A stretch of DNA of 64,000 nt from an uncultured Gemmatimonadales bacterium (GCA_963741945.1 CAVUKA010000003.1:448001-512000), one strand, 5' to 3'. Counted from the stretch's first letter, positions 20,105 through 30,925 are shown. The notes: generated from the sequence alone by a model not told the origin. Numbers and translations are program-made.

Positions 20105-23100
20105 TCAGTACCCCCAATCCCGCAGGAGGCTGAGGCCCCACACCTTCCGGTCATCGATCTCCGCGAGCCCGAACGAGGGGGTGCGCGCGAAGCGGTCCTC
20201 CAGATAGAACTCCCCCGTCCAGGTGGGCCGGAACCTGTACTGCACGCGGGCGCCGAACAAGCGCGGGCTCCAGGACTCCTGCTGGGCCGGGATCCGTCCG
20301 CTCAGGATCAGCGTCACGTCGCGGGTGGCATCGACGCCCAGCTCCACCTGCGTGTTCCCGAGGAGGCCATAGCTGCTGTAGTCGCCCAGCTGGTACTCGG
20401 GCGCGCGCAGCGCCAGGTAGTCGATGCCGAGCAGGCTGCTGGCCACGCGCTGGAGCTCGCTGGAGGCGAAGCCGGTGAGGGCGGGGCGAAGGAGCCCGAG
20501 CCCGAGACCGGTCATCACGCCGGTGGAGAGGACATCGGACTCGGACTGGGTCAGCTCCGCGCCGGACCGCCCGAACAGGAGATAGCTTGCGAGGTCGGCC
20601 TGCGAGACCTGGAGGTCGGAGTTGGTGGTGAGCCGGACGCGCGGGTCCTGCAGCGTGCCAGTGAGCACGGCCACCACGTCGATGGGGTCCCCTTCCGCCC
20701 GCCGGACCCGGTATGCCGCCTCGACATTCAGGTTCGGGTCGATTCCCGGCGTGCCGACGAACTCGATGGTCCCGCTGTTGATGTCGAAGCGCCTGGCGGG
20801 CACGCGCTGAGCCACGCGGAGGTCGTACGTCCCGCGAACCGTCTGGAGCGGGCCGGTGAGCCGGAGATCGCCTGCGCCGAGGTCGGCCTCCACTTCGAGG
20901 GAGCCGCTGACTTCCACGTCGAGCTCCCGACTGCGCAGCCACATCTCCCGCGATGCGTTCAGATTGAGATCCGTCACCACCAGGTTCTTCAGGAACGGGT
21001 TGGGCGGGGACGGGCGGTACGTCACGGTGGCGGTGTCGAACAGCTGGAGCATGGACGTGTCCAGCTGAACGATCTGGTACCGCCTCCAGATCTCGTCCAG
21101 GTTCATCTCCGCGCGCACCAGGCGCAGGTCGCCGGAAACCACCGGCCGGTGGTAACGGCCGCCCACGTGCAGCACGCCGTCGGCCACCGCGGCCACGTCG
21201 CGGCGCCGGGAAGCCTCGAACCGGCGCGCGTTGACGTCCAGGTCGAAGCCCGGATCGGCCGGGTGCGTCAGGTCCAGCAGGCCCTTCACATCGGCGGAGC
21301 CCTCCTCCGTTCGCAGTGTGGCGGTGAGCTCAACACGGCGCTCCGGCCGCATGCGGGCGAGGGCCTGGACGCCGTGATATCGGACCAGGAGCGGCTCGAA
21401 GAACGCGCTCCCATCGGACAGCCGCAGCTCGCCCTGCAGCTCGGGGGAGCGAGCGGTGCCCATCATGTCGATGGCAGCGTCCACGCGCCCGTCCAGCCCC
21501 GTGAACCCGGGCGTCAGGAAGCTCAGGAGCCCTGCCGGTACGCTGTCCGCGCGGATCCGGACGTCCAGGGGGAGGTCGAGGACGCGCTGCTGCGTGGACA
21601 TGAGCGTCAGGTCCGCGGGAATGCTGGCGTCCGCCCGCACCACGTCCTCGCCATCCCGCCACCCGGCCAGGTGCGCCGTGACCAGCCGCCCCGAGTAGCG
21701 CATCTCCCCGCCCGCGCTGTCGAGGACGGCGCCGGCGTAGCGGAACGGGCGCGAGGCCAGCCAGCCGCGGATTTCCGGTGACCGGGCCGTGCCGGTGACG
21801 CGGAACTCGCCCGTGACCACGCCATCGACAATGGAGTCGGTTTGAGTGAGGCGCAGGATCTCACCCACGCGCACACGGTCGAGCTCGATGACCAGCGACG
21901 CCGGCAGCGTGTCAGCCGTCTCAGGCTCCCGCCACGGGAGCACGCCGGCGACCCGAATCCGCGCGGGAACGGGGGAGCGCTCCAGCACGAGAGAGTCCAC
22001 TTCAACGCCTCGCCGGCCCACACTGGCCATCACCGTGTCGGCCAAGGCCCAGCGGCCGCTCTTCAGACCCACCGCCAGCCGGTGCAGCTGCAGCCGCATT
22101 CCCCCGGGCGTGCGCTGGAACGCCCCGCTCACCTCCACCTGCTGCGAATCGGCCCCGGTGGCCCGCAAGGACACGTCCCCGCTCCCCCGCGTGTAGCGGA
22201 GGGTCCCGGCGGCCGCGGGCACGCTCCGGCCGGCGGCGAGGAGGGAGTCCACCGCGGCGCGCAGCGTGAAATCGTCGGGTGCGCCCTCGAACTCCGCGCT
22301 GGCCCTGCGGATGTGGACGTCGTCATAGAGAATCCGTTCACCCGAGCCGCGGCCCTGCACGCTCCAGCTGTCGAGCCCCCCTCGCGCGGTGGCGTCCACC
22401 GTCAGGCGCCCCGCCAGTCGTCGCTCGAGCGGCTCTCCCACCGGGTGTTCCACCGGGTCAGGAAAGAAGGCCAGCTCCAGTGGCTCGACCGAATCGGCGC
22501 GGACAGTCAGCTCGAGCTCGCCCGCGCGCCCCTGCGTCAGACCGAAGCTCCCGCGCGCCGAGGCGTCCCCCACGGCCGAGCGTACGGCGAAGCTGTCGAC
22601 CAGGGCCAGTCCGTGATCGACGCGCGCAGAGCCCACGGCCCGGTACACGGGCACGCCAGCGACGCGGGCGGAAGCCACGTCCACGAACAGCGAGGCCTGC
22701 GCGTCGCCCAGCCCGCTGCCCACACCATCCAGCTGGAAGGTGGCGGTGACTCGCGTCTCCGGGAGCGAGGGGACCAGGCGCTCCAGGGAGAAGTCGGTGA
22801 CCTCGCCACGCATGGCGTAGCGGGGGCTCTCGCCTTGCAGCGAACCGTGACCGGTCACCGCCACGCGCCCCGCGGACGTCTGCAGGTCCGCGCCCAGCTC
22901 GAGGCTGTCCAGCGGGCCCCTCAGCGTGATGACGCCGGTGGCTTCCCCGGCCATGGGGAGCAGCGTGGGGAACTGCTCGTCGAGAATGCCGAGAGCGACG
23001 GGGGCGGCTTCCAGCCGCAGGTCCAGCGCGGGCCTGGCCCCGGTGAGGCGCATGCGACCGCCGCCGCGGAAGCGGGACACGTCTCCCGACCGACGGAGCG

Positions 23101-24529
23101 TGGCTTCTCCGTCCAGCGCCAGCCCGCGCGCGAGCGAGCCGTCCGCGCTGAACCGCCCGCTCGCCACGCCGCGGACGCGGATGGCGGGCACCACGTTCGC
23201 CAGCTGTGCCAGCTCGAGGCGCTCCACCGTGGCGTTCAGCCCGCTGGCGCCGTAAGGCTCCCGGGCACGCACACGCCCGTTCCACCGAACGGAAGATCCT
23301 TCCCGGTCGCCTCCGGCGGCCAGGAATTTCATGTTGCCCCGGGTCTCCAGCGCCGAGACCGGGCCCTGGACCTCGATGGTGCCGATGAGCAGCCCATCCA
23401 GCGGGATCTCTCCGGGAATGATGCTGCGCAGCAGGTCGATGTCCAGCGGCGAGGCGCGCAGGTCGACATCGGTGAAGCGGAGGGTGTCCCCGGTGAGGAT
23501 GCCGAAGGATCCGGCCAGGTGCGTGTCGCCCGCGCGGATGTCGGCGTTCCGGAGGAGGAAGAGCGTGCTCCCGGGGCCGCGCGTCTGGAGCCGGAACTCG
23601 AGCTTGCCACCGCCATCGGCGGGAAGGGGGGGATAGATCCAGCGGAGGTCGCTGAAGGCGATGTGGTCGGTGCTGGCGTGGAAGTCGTAGCTCCGCCCTT
23701 CGTCGCCCATCACCATCCGTCCCACGGCCGAGAGCCGTGAGCCTGGCAGCTCGACCCTGGGCAGGTCGAACGTCAGAACGGAGTCCTGGAGCGCGATCGT
23801 GCCCTCCAACCCCCGAACTTCCGCCGGCGTCTCCCAGACGTAGAGGCGCCCGCTCATGTCCTTCACCTGGATCAGGTGGCCGCGCTGGTCCGGCGATTCC
23901 CAGACCACGCGTGGCACGCGGGCGTTCAGGTTCTCGACGCGGATCGTGCGCACGGTCCCGCCCGGGACGTCTTCCAGGATGAGGCGGGCGGTGTCGGAGG
24001 GCTGCACCGGGGCGGTCAGCTCCCAGGGCATGCGCACCACCACCGTCGCATCGGTGATCGTTATGTCATCGATACTGACGAGCCGGGTGGGGGGTCCGGC
24101 GGCCGTGTCCGGCGCCATGGTGTCACCGGGGAAAACCATCTGGTAGTTCCAGCGGTCCTGTCCCGGCAGGCGCTCGATGTAGATTTCCGGCGAATACAGC
24201 GTCAGCCGGTCGAACGCCAGGTCGCCGCCCACCAGTGTGCGGAACCGATACGACAACCGCGCACTGTCCACGCGGATGAATGGCCGGCCCAGCGTGTCAT
24301 CGATGGCCACATCCCTGAGCGTCACGCCGCGGAGGAGACCCTCGCTGGTCACCGCGCCGACGCGCAGGTCGCCGTGCACCATGCCCCGGAGCTGTCCCAC
24401 CGCCAGCCGACCGGCCTGGCCCACGCCGAAGTCCGTGCGGGTCAGCACGAGCGCGGCGGCGGCGAGGAGGACGAGGAGCACGGCCACGCCCCCCAGGATC
24501 CACCGGAGCACTCGTTGTGCGCGCGCCAT
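20105..24529 (-). CDS. Translocation/assembly module TamB-like protein
   Basis: 1474 aa, N-terminal TM anchor, repetitive beta-rich body, DUF490-like C-terminus (IDPNLNVEA, GTLQDPRV, LASYLLFG); TGATG-coupled to TamA. Confidence 0.85.
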   Translation of the reverse strand: MARAQRVLRWILGGVAVLLVLLAAAALVLTRTDFGVGQAGRLAVGQLRGMVHGDLRVGAVTSEGLLRGVTLRDVAIDDTLGRPFIRVDSARLSYRFRTLVGGDLAFDRLTLYSPEIYIERLPGQDRWNYQMVFPGDTMAPDTAAGPPTRLVSIDDITITDATVVVRMPWELTAPVQPSDTARLILEDVPGGTVRTIRVENLNARVPRVVWESPDQRGHLIQVKDMSGRLYVWETPAEVRGLEGTIALQDSVLTFDLPRVELPGSRLSAVGRMVMGDEGRSYDFHASTDHIAFSDLRWIYPPLPADGGGKLEFRLQTRGPGSTLFLLRNADIRAGDTHLAGSFGILTGDTLRFTDVDLRASPLDIDLLRSIIPGEIPLDGLLIGTIEVQGPVSALETRGNMKFLAAGGDREGSSVRWNGRVRAREPYGASGLNATVERLELAQLANVVPAIRVRGVASGRFSADGSLARGLALDGEATLRRSGDVSRFRGGGRMRLTGARPALDLRLEAAPVALGILDEQFPTLLPMAGEATGVITLRGPLDSLELGADLQTSAGRVAVTGHGSLQGESPRYAMRGEVTDFSLERLVPSLPETRVTATFQLDGVGSGLGDAQASLFVDVASARVAGVPVYRAVGSARVDHGLALVDSFAVRSAVGDASARGSFGLTQGRAGELELTVRADSVEPLELAFFPDPVEHPVGEPLERRLAGRLTVDATARGGLDSWSVQGRGSGERILYDDVHIRRASAEFEGAPDDFTLRAAVDSLLAAGRSVPAAAGTLRYTRGSGDVSLRATGADSQQVEVSGAFQRTPGGMRLQLHRLAVGLKSGRWALADTVMASVGRRGVEVDSLVLERSPVPARIRVAGVLPWREPETADTLPASLVIELDRVRVGEILRLTQTDSIVDGVVTGEFRVTGTARSPEIRGWLASRPFRYAGAVLDSAGGEMRYSGRLVTAHLAGWRDGEDVVRADASIPADLTLMSTQQRVLDLPLDVRIRADSVPAGLLSFLTPGFTGLDGRVDAAIDMMGTARSPELQGELRLSDGSAFFEPLLVRYHGVQALARMRPERRVELTATLRTEEGSADVKGLLDLTHPADPGFDLDVNARRFEASRRRDVAAVADGVLHVGGRYHRPVVSGDLRLVRAEMNLDEIWRRYQIVQLDTSMLQLFDTATVTYRPSPPNPFLKNLVVTDLNLNASREMWLRSRELDVEVSGSLEVEADLGAGDLRLTGPLQTVRGTYDLRVAQRVPARRFDINSGTIEFVGTPGIDPNLNVEAAYRVRRAEGDPIDVVAVLTGTLQDPRVRLTTNSDLQVSQADLASYLLFGRSGAELTQSESDVLSTGVMTGLGLGLLRPALTGFASSELQRVASSLLGIDYLALRAPEYQLGDYSSYGLLGNTQVELGVDATRDVTLILSGRIPAQQESWSPRLFGARVQYRFRPTWTGEFYLEDRFARTPSFGLAEIDDRKVWGLSLLRDWGY

Positions 24530-26757
24530 CAGAACGCCTGTCCGATGGAGAAGTGGAGGCGGACGCGCCGGAAGAATGCGGCCACCGGATCGCCCGTGTA
24601 CGTGCCGTAGGTCACCATGTGGTCGAGGAGCACCACATCGTCGGTGTTTCGCAGCGTCCAGATCTGCTGGTCCCCATTCACTTTCTGACAGCCGGGCTGA
24701 TCGAGCATGCAGCTCTCGACGCGCGTGGTGAGCACGGGCAACGACACCGGGCCACGGGTGTTGTAGCCCGCATCGATCCGGATCGGACCGATCGGGCTGT
24801 AGTAGCGGAGCCCCACGCCGGGCGTGGCGACGATGGTCGCCAGGTCCACGTCCGCGGCGGTGGCCCAGACCTGACCCGCATCCAGGAAGACGGCCCCGCG
24901 CAGCTTCCCGCGCAGGACAGGGAGCGGGAAACGCAGCTCCATGCTCCCTTCCAGCAGAACTTCCCCGCCCGCGGGGCGTACGTCAATCACCCCGTTCGGC
25001 AGGTGCTGGAGCACGCACGTCCCGTCGTTGACGCTCGCGGGCGTGCAGCCGGGGCCCTGGTACTCGGTCTGCTCCCCGTTCACCAGATAGGGCACGGCCG
25101 AGATCCCCAGCACCGTGGGTCCCAGGCGGTACTGGTCGAAACCACGCACGCTGTTGGCGCCGCCCGCGAAAAAGCGCTTCAGCGGATTCACCCGAACGCC
25201 GGCATTGCTGCTCGCGTGCGGCCACGCCACGCCGCCGTGGAGACGCGTGGCCAGGATCACGCCGCCGGCCTTCCCCACGTAGGTGCTCGCCTCGCCGGAA
25301 AGGCGAGTGTAGGCGAAATCAGAGCCCGTAAACCGGTCCGCGTACTCGGCATCCGCGCGGACGATGAAGCCGGAGCTGGGCGTGAACTGGGCGTCCGTCC
25401 GGTCCATCGAGAAGGAGAGCGCCAGTGGCGAGAGCCAGTGCGGATCCCGCAGCATGGCCAGCTCGTCGTACGCGCAGGCCAGGAAGTTGACACAGAAGAA
25501 CAGGTCCCCACCGCCCTCGGCCTGGAGCAGTGTGAGCTCGGGACGATAGCTGAGGGCGAGCATGCCCTTCCGGCCCACCGAATGGCCGAGGGAGATGTAG
25601 CCGCCGACGGCGGAGCGGACGAACACCCCGGGCACGCTGCGGCGCTCCGCGAACAGGCCACCGCCGATGCTGTTGCGTGGGCCCAGCAGCCAGGGCTGCG
25701 TGAAATCGACGGATACCAGCCCGGTGAGGCTGTCGTAGGCGACATAGTCGCCCGTGAGCCACGGGACCTGCCGGCAGAGCTCTCCCATCAGCAGGTTCCC
25801 CAGCCGCCCCCGCACTTCCAGCCGGCGACCATCGCCCATGAAATTGCGACTGCTCCAGGACGCTTCCAGGTTGCCGCACTCCACGTTGTTGAAGCCAGCG
25901 CCCACACGGACCCGGTGCAGGTCCCCTTCCGTCACCTGCACGGTCACGGGGATCACGCTGTCGGAGCCCGCGCTCAGGTCGGCCCTCACTTCCGCGTGCC
26001 GGAAGATCTGGAGCGCATAGAGGTTCCGCTGGCTGCGCAGGAGCGCGCTCCGGTCGTACCGGTCCCCCTCTTTGAGCGAGAGCATGCGCCGTACGAGCTC
26101 GGGCGTGGTCTCGTCGTTCCCCACCACGTGGATCTGGCCGAACCGGGCCCGCGTGCCCGGGACCACCTGGTATTCCACGTTCGCCTGCTCCGGTGCGGCG
26201 CTCGGGATCATGTATCCCGGCAGCACTTCGGCCCGCGCGAAGCCGTGATCGTGAAGCCGGTTCAGCAGCGTGTCCCGGGTGGCCTCGTAGGTCACCATGT
26301 CCAGCGCCTCGCCAGCGCGCAGCGGGAGTGAGCCCTGCTTCAGCGACGGCGGCATGCCGGAGACCGCGAGCGTCGCCACCCGCACCGGCTCACCCTCCCG
26401 GATGTGGAACGTGATGCGGACCTGGTCTTCGCCCACGTGGGCGGTGTCCACCGAGACCTGCGCGTTCCGGTAGCCGCGCTCGTAATAATAGACTTTCAGG
26501 CGGAGCGGATCGGAATCCAGCGCCCCGGAGGGGAGGAAGGCTTCCTCCTCCCCCACGCCGGCCCAGCAGACGAGGGCGTACAGCAGGTTGGGGCAGCGGG
26601 TGGCGGAGGTCTCGATGGCCGCAGCCAGCTCCGTGCGGTTGAACGCTTTCGCACCTTCGAAGCGCAGCGACTCGACCTCGATCCCCTGCCCGACCGCGGC
26701 CCGGGCGGTGATGAGAACCAGGATCAGCCCGGCGGCCGCGGCGGTGAAGCGCGTCAC
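24529..26757 (-). CDS. Omp85 family (TamA/BamA-like) outer-membrane protein
   Basis: Signal peptide, POTRA repeats, FFAGGANSVRGF, GVGLRYYSPIGPIRID, C-terminal FSIGQAF. Confidence 0.92.
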   Translation of the reverse strand: MTRFTAAAAGLILVLITARAAVGQGIEVESLRFEGAKAFNRTELAAAIETSATRCPNLLYALVCWAGVGEEEAFLPSGALDSDPLRLKVYYYERGYRNAQVSVDTAHVGEDQVRITFHIREGEPVRVATLAVSGMPPSLKQGSLPLRAGEALDMVTYEATRDTLLNRLHDHGFARAEVLPGYMIPSAAPEQANVEYQVVPGTRARFGQIHVVGNDETTPELVRRMLSLKEGDRYDRSALLRSQRNLYALQIFRHAEVRADLSAGSDSVIPVTVQVTEGDLHRVRVGAGFNNVECGNLEASWSSRNFMGDGRRLEVRGRLGNLLMGELCRQVPWLTGDYVAYDSLTGLVSVDFTQPWLLGPRNSIGGGLFAERRSVPGVFVRSAVGGYISLGHSVGRKGMLALSYRPELTLLQAEGGGDLFFCVNFLACAYDELAMLRDPHWLSPLALSFSMDRTDAQFTPSSGFIVRADAEYADRFTGSDFAYTRLSGEASTYVGKAGGVILATRLHGGVAWPHASSNAGVRVNPLKRFFAGGANSVRGFDQYRLGPTVLGISAVPYLVNGEQTEYQGPGCTPASVNDGTCVLQHLPNGVIDVRPAGGEVLLEGSMELRFPLPVLRGKLRGAVFLDAGQVWATAADVDLATIVATPGVGLRYYSPIGPIRIDAGYNTRGPVSLPVLTTRVESCMLDQPGCQKVNGDQQIWTLRNTDDVVLLDHMVTYGTYTGDPVAAFFRRVRLHFSIGQAF

Positions 26758-27620
26758 TCGGGTTCCAGCGCGGAGAGCGTGACGCTGTCCCGGAAATACG
26801 CCAGCGGCTTGCGCGGGAAGATGTGCCGGCTCACCGACGCGAAGCCCCCCAAGTCCTCCATGAACATGTAGTGGGTGATCCGCACCACCTCGTCCGTGAC
26901 ACGCACCACGTTGAACGAATTCTTCTCCCGCTCACGGACGCGGCCTCGACGGGAGGTGCTGGTGCCGCTCTGTACGATGATGATGCCGTGCTCCCGGTCC
27001 TGGCCGGGATAGAGGTCGAGGGAGTTGCCGATGTACGCGCGGTGCAGGTGCCCGCCCATGATCAGGTCCACACGGAGCTCGGCGAACGCGTCGATGGCAC
27101 GTTTCGCCCGCGGCATGACCTCGCCCCGCTCGTAGTCCGGCGCGGGCGCGAAGTGATGATGTGCCACGACGATCCTCAACAGGTTCGGGGGCGCCGCCTC
27201 CAGCGCACGCCGGCAGAAGTCGAGCTGCCGGGAATCGATGCGCCCGTTCGTGAGCGCGCGGTGAGGCGCCGTGGAGTTCAGGGCCACAACGACGGCGTCA
27301 TCGGTGCGAACGACCTGGTCCAGGTCCCGGGCAATGTACTTCCGATACCAGCGGTAGGGGGAAAAGATCCTCTCCAGTACGCGGTAGAGGGGGACGTCAT
27401 GGTTCCCGGGGATCACCACCCTGGGCACGTCCGGGAGCCGATCGAGGAACGCGCGGGCATCCGCGAACTGCTGCTTCTTCGCTCGCTGGGTGAAGTCGCC
27501 GCTGGCCACCACAAGGCTCGGCTCGATGGCGTTCGCGGCCTTGAGCAGCGCCTCCCCCACGCGCGGGACGTAGGGCGGGCCGAAATGCAGGTCGGAGATA
27601 TGGAGGATCGTCATCATCAT
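26754..27620 (-). CDS. Calcineurin-like metallophosphoesterase
   Basis: SDLHFG, GDFT, PGNHD, HH, GHLH motifs. Confidence 0.9.
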   Translation of the reverse strand: MMMTILHISDLHFGPPYVPRVGEALLKAANAIEPSLVVASGDFTQRAKKQQFADARAFLDRLPDVPRVVIPGNHDVPLYRVLERIFSPYRWYRKYIARDLDQVVRTDDAVVVALNSTAPHRALTNGRIDSRQLDFCRRALEAAPPNLLRIVVAHHHFAPAPDYERGEVMPRAKRAIDAFAELRVDLIMGGHLHRAYIGNSLDLYPGQDREHGIIIVQSGTSTSRRGRVREREKNSFNVVRVTDEVVRITHYMFMEDLGGFASVSRHIFPRKPLAYFRDSVTLSALEPE

Positions 27621-27720
27621 GCCACGTCCGCTCCGGATTCGACGACCGGGGCACCGTTCGGAGCGAGCCCCGCCGGCGGAAGCGCGGGCACGCGGGAATC
27701 ATTCCGTCGGCCGGTGGCGT

Positions 27721-28773
27721 TCACGGCCGTTGCAGCCCGGGGAACGGCAGGTCGGCCCGCGCCGTCAGGTCCGGACCGGCGGTATCCCCCCGCTCGAAGC
27801 GGAACGCGGCCGTCCGGGCGATCATGGCGCCGTTGTCCGTGGCCATGCGTGGGCTAGGATGAAAGAGGTGCCCATCGTCGCCCAGCGCGTCGGTGAACGC
27901 GCGACGCAGCGCGCCACTCGCGGCCACGCCTCCGCCGATCAGGACGCGGCGGCAATCCTTCTGCTCCACGGCCCGCATGGTCTTGCCGACGAGCACGTCG
28001 AGGACCGCCCGCTGGAACGAGCGGGCGACGGCATCGCGCTCCGCGTCCAGCCGGCCCTCGGACTCCAGGGCGGCGACGCGCGTCAGGACGGCCGTCTTGA
28101 GCCCGCTGAACGAGAACGCGTAATAGTCATCGTCGCCGGGGTGCTGGTGGCGCGCGAACATGGGGCGCGGGAACGGGTGGGGGTCGCCGTCCACGCGGGC
28201 GGCAGCGCGCTCGATCGGCGGACCGCCCGGGTAGTCCATGCCGAGTACGCGGGCGACCTTGTCGAACGCTTCGCCGGCGGCGTCGTCGCGGGTTTCGCCG
28301 AGCAGCTCGTAGCGTCCCCATTCCGGGACCCAGAGGAGCAGCGTGTGGCCGCCGGAAACCAGGAGGGCCACGAACGGGGGCACCGCGTCGGGGTCTTCGA
28401 GGCTGGCGGCGAACAGGTGCGCCTCCATGTGGTGGACCCCGACGAGCGGTCGACCCAGTCCCCAGGCGACGCTCTTGGTCCAGGTGAGCCCGACGAGGAG
28501 TGCGCCGATGAGGCCCGGGCCCGCGGTAGCGCCGAACACGGCCACGTCCTGCAATGTGAGCCCCGCCTCGCTCAGCGCCGCACGGGCCACATCGTCAATG
28601 GCACGCATGTGCGCCCTGGCCGCCAGCTCCGGCACGACGCCCGCGTAGACCTTGTGGATGTCCTGCGAGAGGATCACGTGGCCGCGCAGCTTACCCCCTG
28701 CCAGAACCGCCGCGGATGTCTCGTCGCACGAGGTCTCGATTCCGAGCACGGGCCCGGAAACCAGGCGCGACAT
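27721..28773 (-). CDS. tsaD: tRNA t6A37 biosynthesis protein TsaD
   Basis: LGIETSCDET, HHMEAH, SGGHT, DDAAGEAFDK, FSFSGLKT, TDNGAMIA. Confidence 0.97.
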   Translation of the reverse strand: MSRLVSGPVLGIETSCDETSAAVLAGGKLRGHVILSQDIHKVYAGVVPELAARAHMRAIDDVARAALSEAGLTLQDVAVFGATAGPGLIGALLVGLTWTKSVAWGLGRPLVGVHHMEAHLFAASLEDPDAVPPFVALLVSGGHTLLLWVPEWGRYELLGETRDDAAGEAFDKVARVLGMDYPGGPPIERAAARVDGDPHPFPRPMFARHQHPGDDDYYAFSFSGLKTAVLTRVAALESEGRLDAERDAVARSFQRAVLDVLVGKTMRAVEQKDCRRVLIGGGVAASGALRRAFTDALGDDGHLFHPSPRMATDNGAMIARTAAFRFERGDTAGPDLTARADLPFPGLQRP

Positions 28774-29495
28774 CAGAATGGCACGCCTTTGCGGCTCATG
28801 CTGTCGGCTCCCGCCCTGAGCGAGTCCGCCGGCTGGATGCGCAGCACGACGTTCACTTCGGAGGGATCCACGCGCAGCCCGGGCAGCGCCGTGGTGTCCA
28901 CGCCGGCGGGCACATTGGTGTTGGAGCGCAGACCGGCCAGGTCCACCGGGAAGAGCGGAACGGAATCGAGCGCCTGCACGCGCTCCCGCGGTCCGCGCAC
29001 TTCCACGGTGGACGGGTTGGTGGTCACGGGCAGCTCGAGGGCGAGGCCGGCGGGCAACTGCCCCTTCACCTGCACGGCCACAGGGAGCGTGCGCGACACC
29101 AGTCGCTCGTAATGCAGGCGCACGGTGTCGGGCCGCAGATCGAGGATGCGGACATCCCGCAGCCCCTCCGGGATCCGGACCCACTGGGGCGGCACCACCT
29201 GCGTTTGCACGGTGTCGTTCACCCGCTCCACGGGGAGCACGATGCGTGGCGGGTTGTTGGCCAGCGAGACCAGGTCGCCGCGCGGGCCCATCACGCTCAG
29301 GGCGATCACGCTCGGCGACGGCTCGCCCTTCAGGCGCCAGTCCGGGTCACGCAGGTCAACCTGCACCGGGACGTTCCGGAACGTGGCCATCTGGGGCTTG
29401 CTCGACTGCACCGCCAGCCACAGCAGGATGGCGAGCACGAGGGCCGTGAGCTTCAGCGCCCAGTTCTCCGTAAAGAAGCGAATGATCCGCTTCAC
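28773..29495 (-). CDS. YbbR/CdaR-like protein (TM anchor + 2 YbbR domains)
   Basis: ENWALKLTALVLAILLW anchor, NVPVQV, PSTVEVRGP, PSEVNV motifs; GTG 29495 overlaps upstream stop. Confidence 0.8.
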   Translation of the reverse strand: MKRIIRFFTENWALKLTALVLAILLWLAVQSSKPQMATFRNVPVQVDLRDPDWRLKGEPSPSVIALSVMGPRGDLVSLANNPPRIVLPVERVNDTVQTQVVPPQWVRIPEGLRDVRILDLRPDTVRLHYERLVSRTLPVAVQVKGQLPAGLALELPVTTNPSTVEVRGPRERVQALDSVPLFPVDLAGLRSNTNVPAGVDTTALPGLRVDPSEVNVVLRIQPADSLRAGADSMSRKGVPF

Positions 29496-30079
29496 CGGTT
29501 CCTTTCCTCCAGCAGCGACTCCACGAGGTCCGCCTGCGGCGGCGTGTCCCACGTCCGCCCCCCCACTTCCTTGCTCCGTATCCTGCCGGCGCGGTCGATC
29601 AGGACCGTGGTGGGCAGGTACTGCGTCCCGAAGCGCGCCTCCGTCCCGCCCGTCGGGTCCACGGCCACCGGAAACGTCAGGCCGTAGCGCTCCATGAACT
29701 GACTGACCGGCCCCACGATCCGCCCATCGGGCTGGCGCTCGCCCGGGTGGTCATCCACCGCCACGGAGACCACGCGCAGCCCCCGGTCCCGATGGCGCCG
29801 GTACAGCCGCTCGATGGACGGCATCTCCTGCCGGCACGGCCCGCACCACGTGGCCCAGATGTTCAGAAGCACCACGTGCCCCCGTAACGTGTCCAGCGAC
29901 AGCCCGCGGCCGTCGATCGTGGGCAGCGCCAGGGACGGCGCGCGCTCCCCCGCCAATGGCGCGGGTACCGGGCTCCCGGCCGCATCCCGGCTCAGCCAGC
30001 CGACCACCACCAGCGCCCCGACCACTGTCAGCAACACCGCGCTCACGAGCCAGTCCCGCGTCCGCTCCCGCAGCTTCAC
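29492..30079 (-). CDS. TlpA/ResA-like membrane-anchored thiol-disulfide oxidoreductase
   Basis: LNIWATWCGPCRQEMP, LPTTVLIDRAG. Confidence 0.92.
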   Translation of the reverse strand: MKLRERTRDWLVSAVLLTVVGALVVVGWLSRDAAGSPVPAPLAGERAPSLALPTIDGRGLSLDTLRGHVVLLNIWATWCGPCRQEMPSIERLYRRHRDRGLRVVSVAVDDHPGERQPDGRIVGPVSQFMERYGLTFPVAVDPTGGTEARFGTQYLPTTVLIDRAGRIRSKEVGGRTWDTPPQADLVESLLEERNR

Positions 30080-30735
30080 GTCCCCTCCGGCCGCGGCAGG
30101 GCCGGCAAAATCGTATCCGACGGCGGCGACGGCGAGCCCGCGCTCACGAGGATCAGCACGGAGCCGGGCAACGGCAGGACGGCTCCGGCCGACGGCTCCG
30201 TCCCGGTCACGGTGCCACGCGGAAGCCGGCTGTCGCTCACCTGCCGCACTTCAACCGAGAAGCCGGTGCGCTCGAGCAGTGACTGCGCCGTGGCCGCGCC
30301 CAAGCCAACGAGCGCCGGCACGCTCACGCGCGGCGGCCCCGAGCTGACGGCGACGGCTACAGCTCCACCCGGCCGGAGCTCCTGTCCGGGCACTGGGTCC
30401 TGGGCGAGGACCTGACCCGCCGGCGTCCCGGCGCTCGCCATACTGACCACGGTGTCGACGTCCAGGCCGGCTTTGGCCAGCGCCTGCCGCGCTCCGGTGC
30501 TGTCGCGCCCCAGGAGATCCGGCACGGCCAGCCCCGTACCCGCGGTGTCGGGCCGTGGGAAGATCACCTGCGTGGCCAGCAGGAACCCCACACCGAAACT
30601 CACGGCCAGCACACCCGCGGCCAGGACAGTCCAGTGGATCCAGGTGAGCCCGTCCAGGTTTCGGGGGATCCACTCCGGCCGTGATCGACGCGCCCGGTCC
30701 TTCTTCGGTTTCCGGGTCGGATGACGCCGACGCAT
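30076..30735 (-). CDS. PASTA domain-containing membrane protein (2 PASTA repeats, no kinase/PBP domain)
   Basis: TM helix then VPDLLG...GQVLAQDP...VSSG and VPALVG...GTVTGTEP...VSAG. Confidence 0.82.
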   Translation of the reverse strand: MRRRHPTRKPKKDRARRSRPEWIPRNLDGLTWIHWTVLAAGVLAVSFGVGFLLATQVIFPRPDTAGTGLAVPDLLGRDSTGARQALAKAGLDVDTVVSMASAGTPAGQVLAQDPVPGQELRPGGAVAVAVSSGPPRVSVPALVGLGAATAQSLLERTGFSVEVRQVSDSRLPRGTVTGTEPSAGAVLPLPGSVLILVSAGSPSPPSDTILPALPRPEGT

Positions 30736-30854
30736 GGACTCGCCGAGCACGGCCTAGCCCACCCGCGCGGGTCGACCGCGCCCGGCTCTTTCGCGTGACT
30801 GCCTGCTGTCGGTCACCCCACGCCCCTTCACTCGCTCCACGATCGCCCGCAGAA

Positions 30855-30863
30855 TGATACAAT
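30855..30863 (+). promoter_or_regulatory. Extended -10 element (TGnTACAAT) upstream of cdd
   Basis: tgatacaat in an AT-rich patch 62 bp before the cdd GTG. Confidence 0.5.
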
Positions 30864-30925
30864 AGAGGGGCTGCGGCGGGAAACCCAACCCGGCCGCCAG
30901 CGTGGCACCGGGCCCGAGGAGAGAC

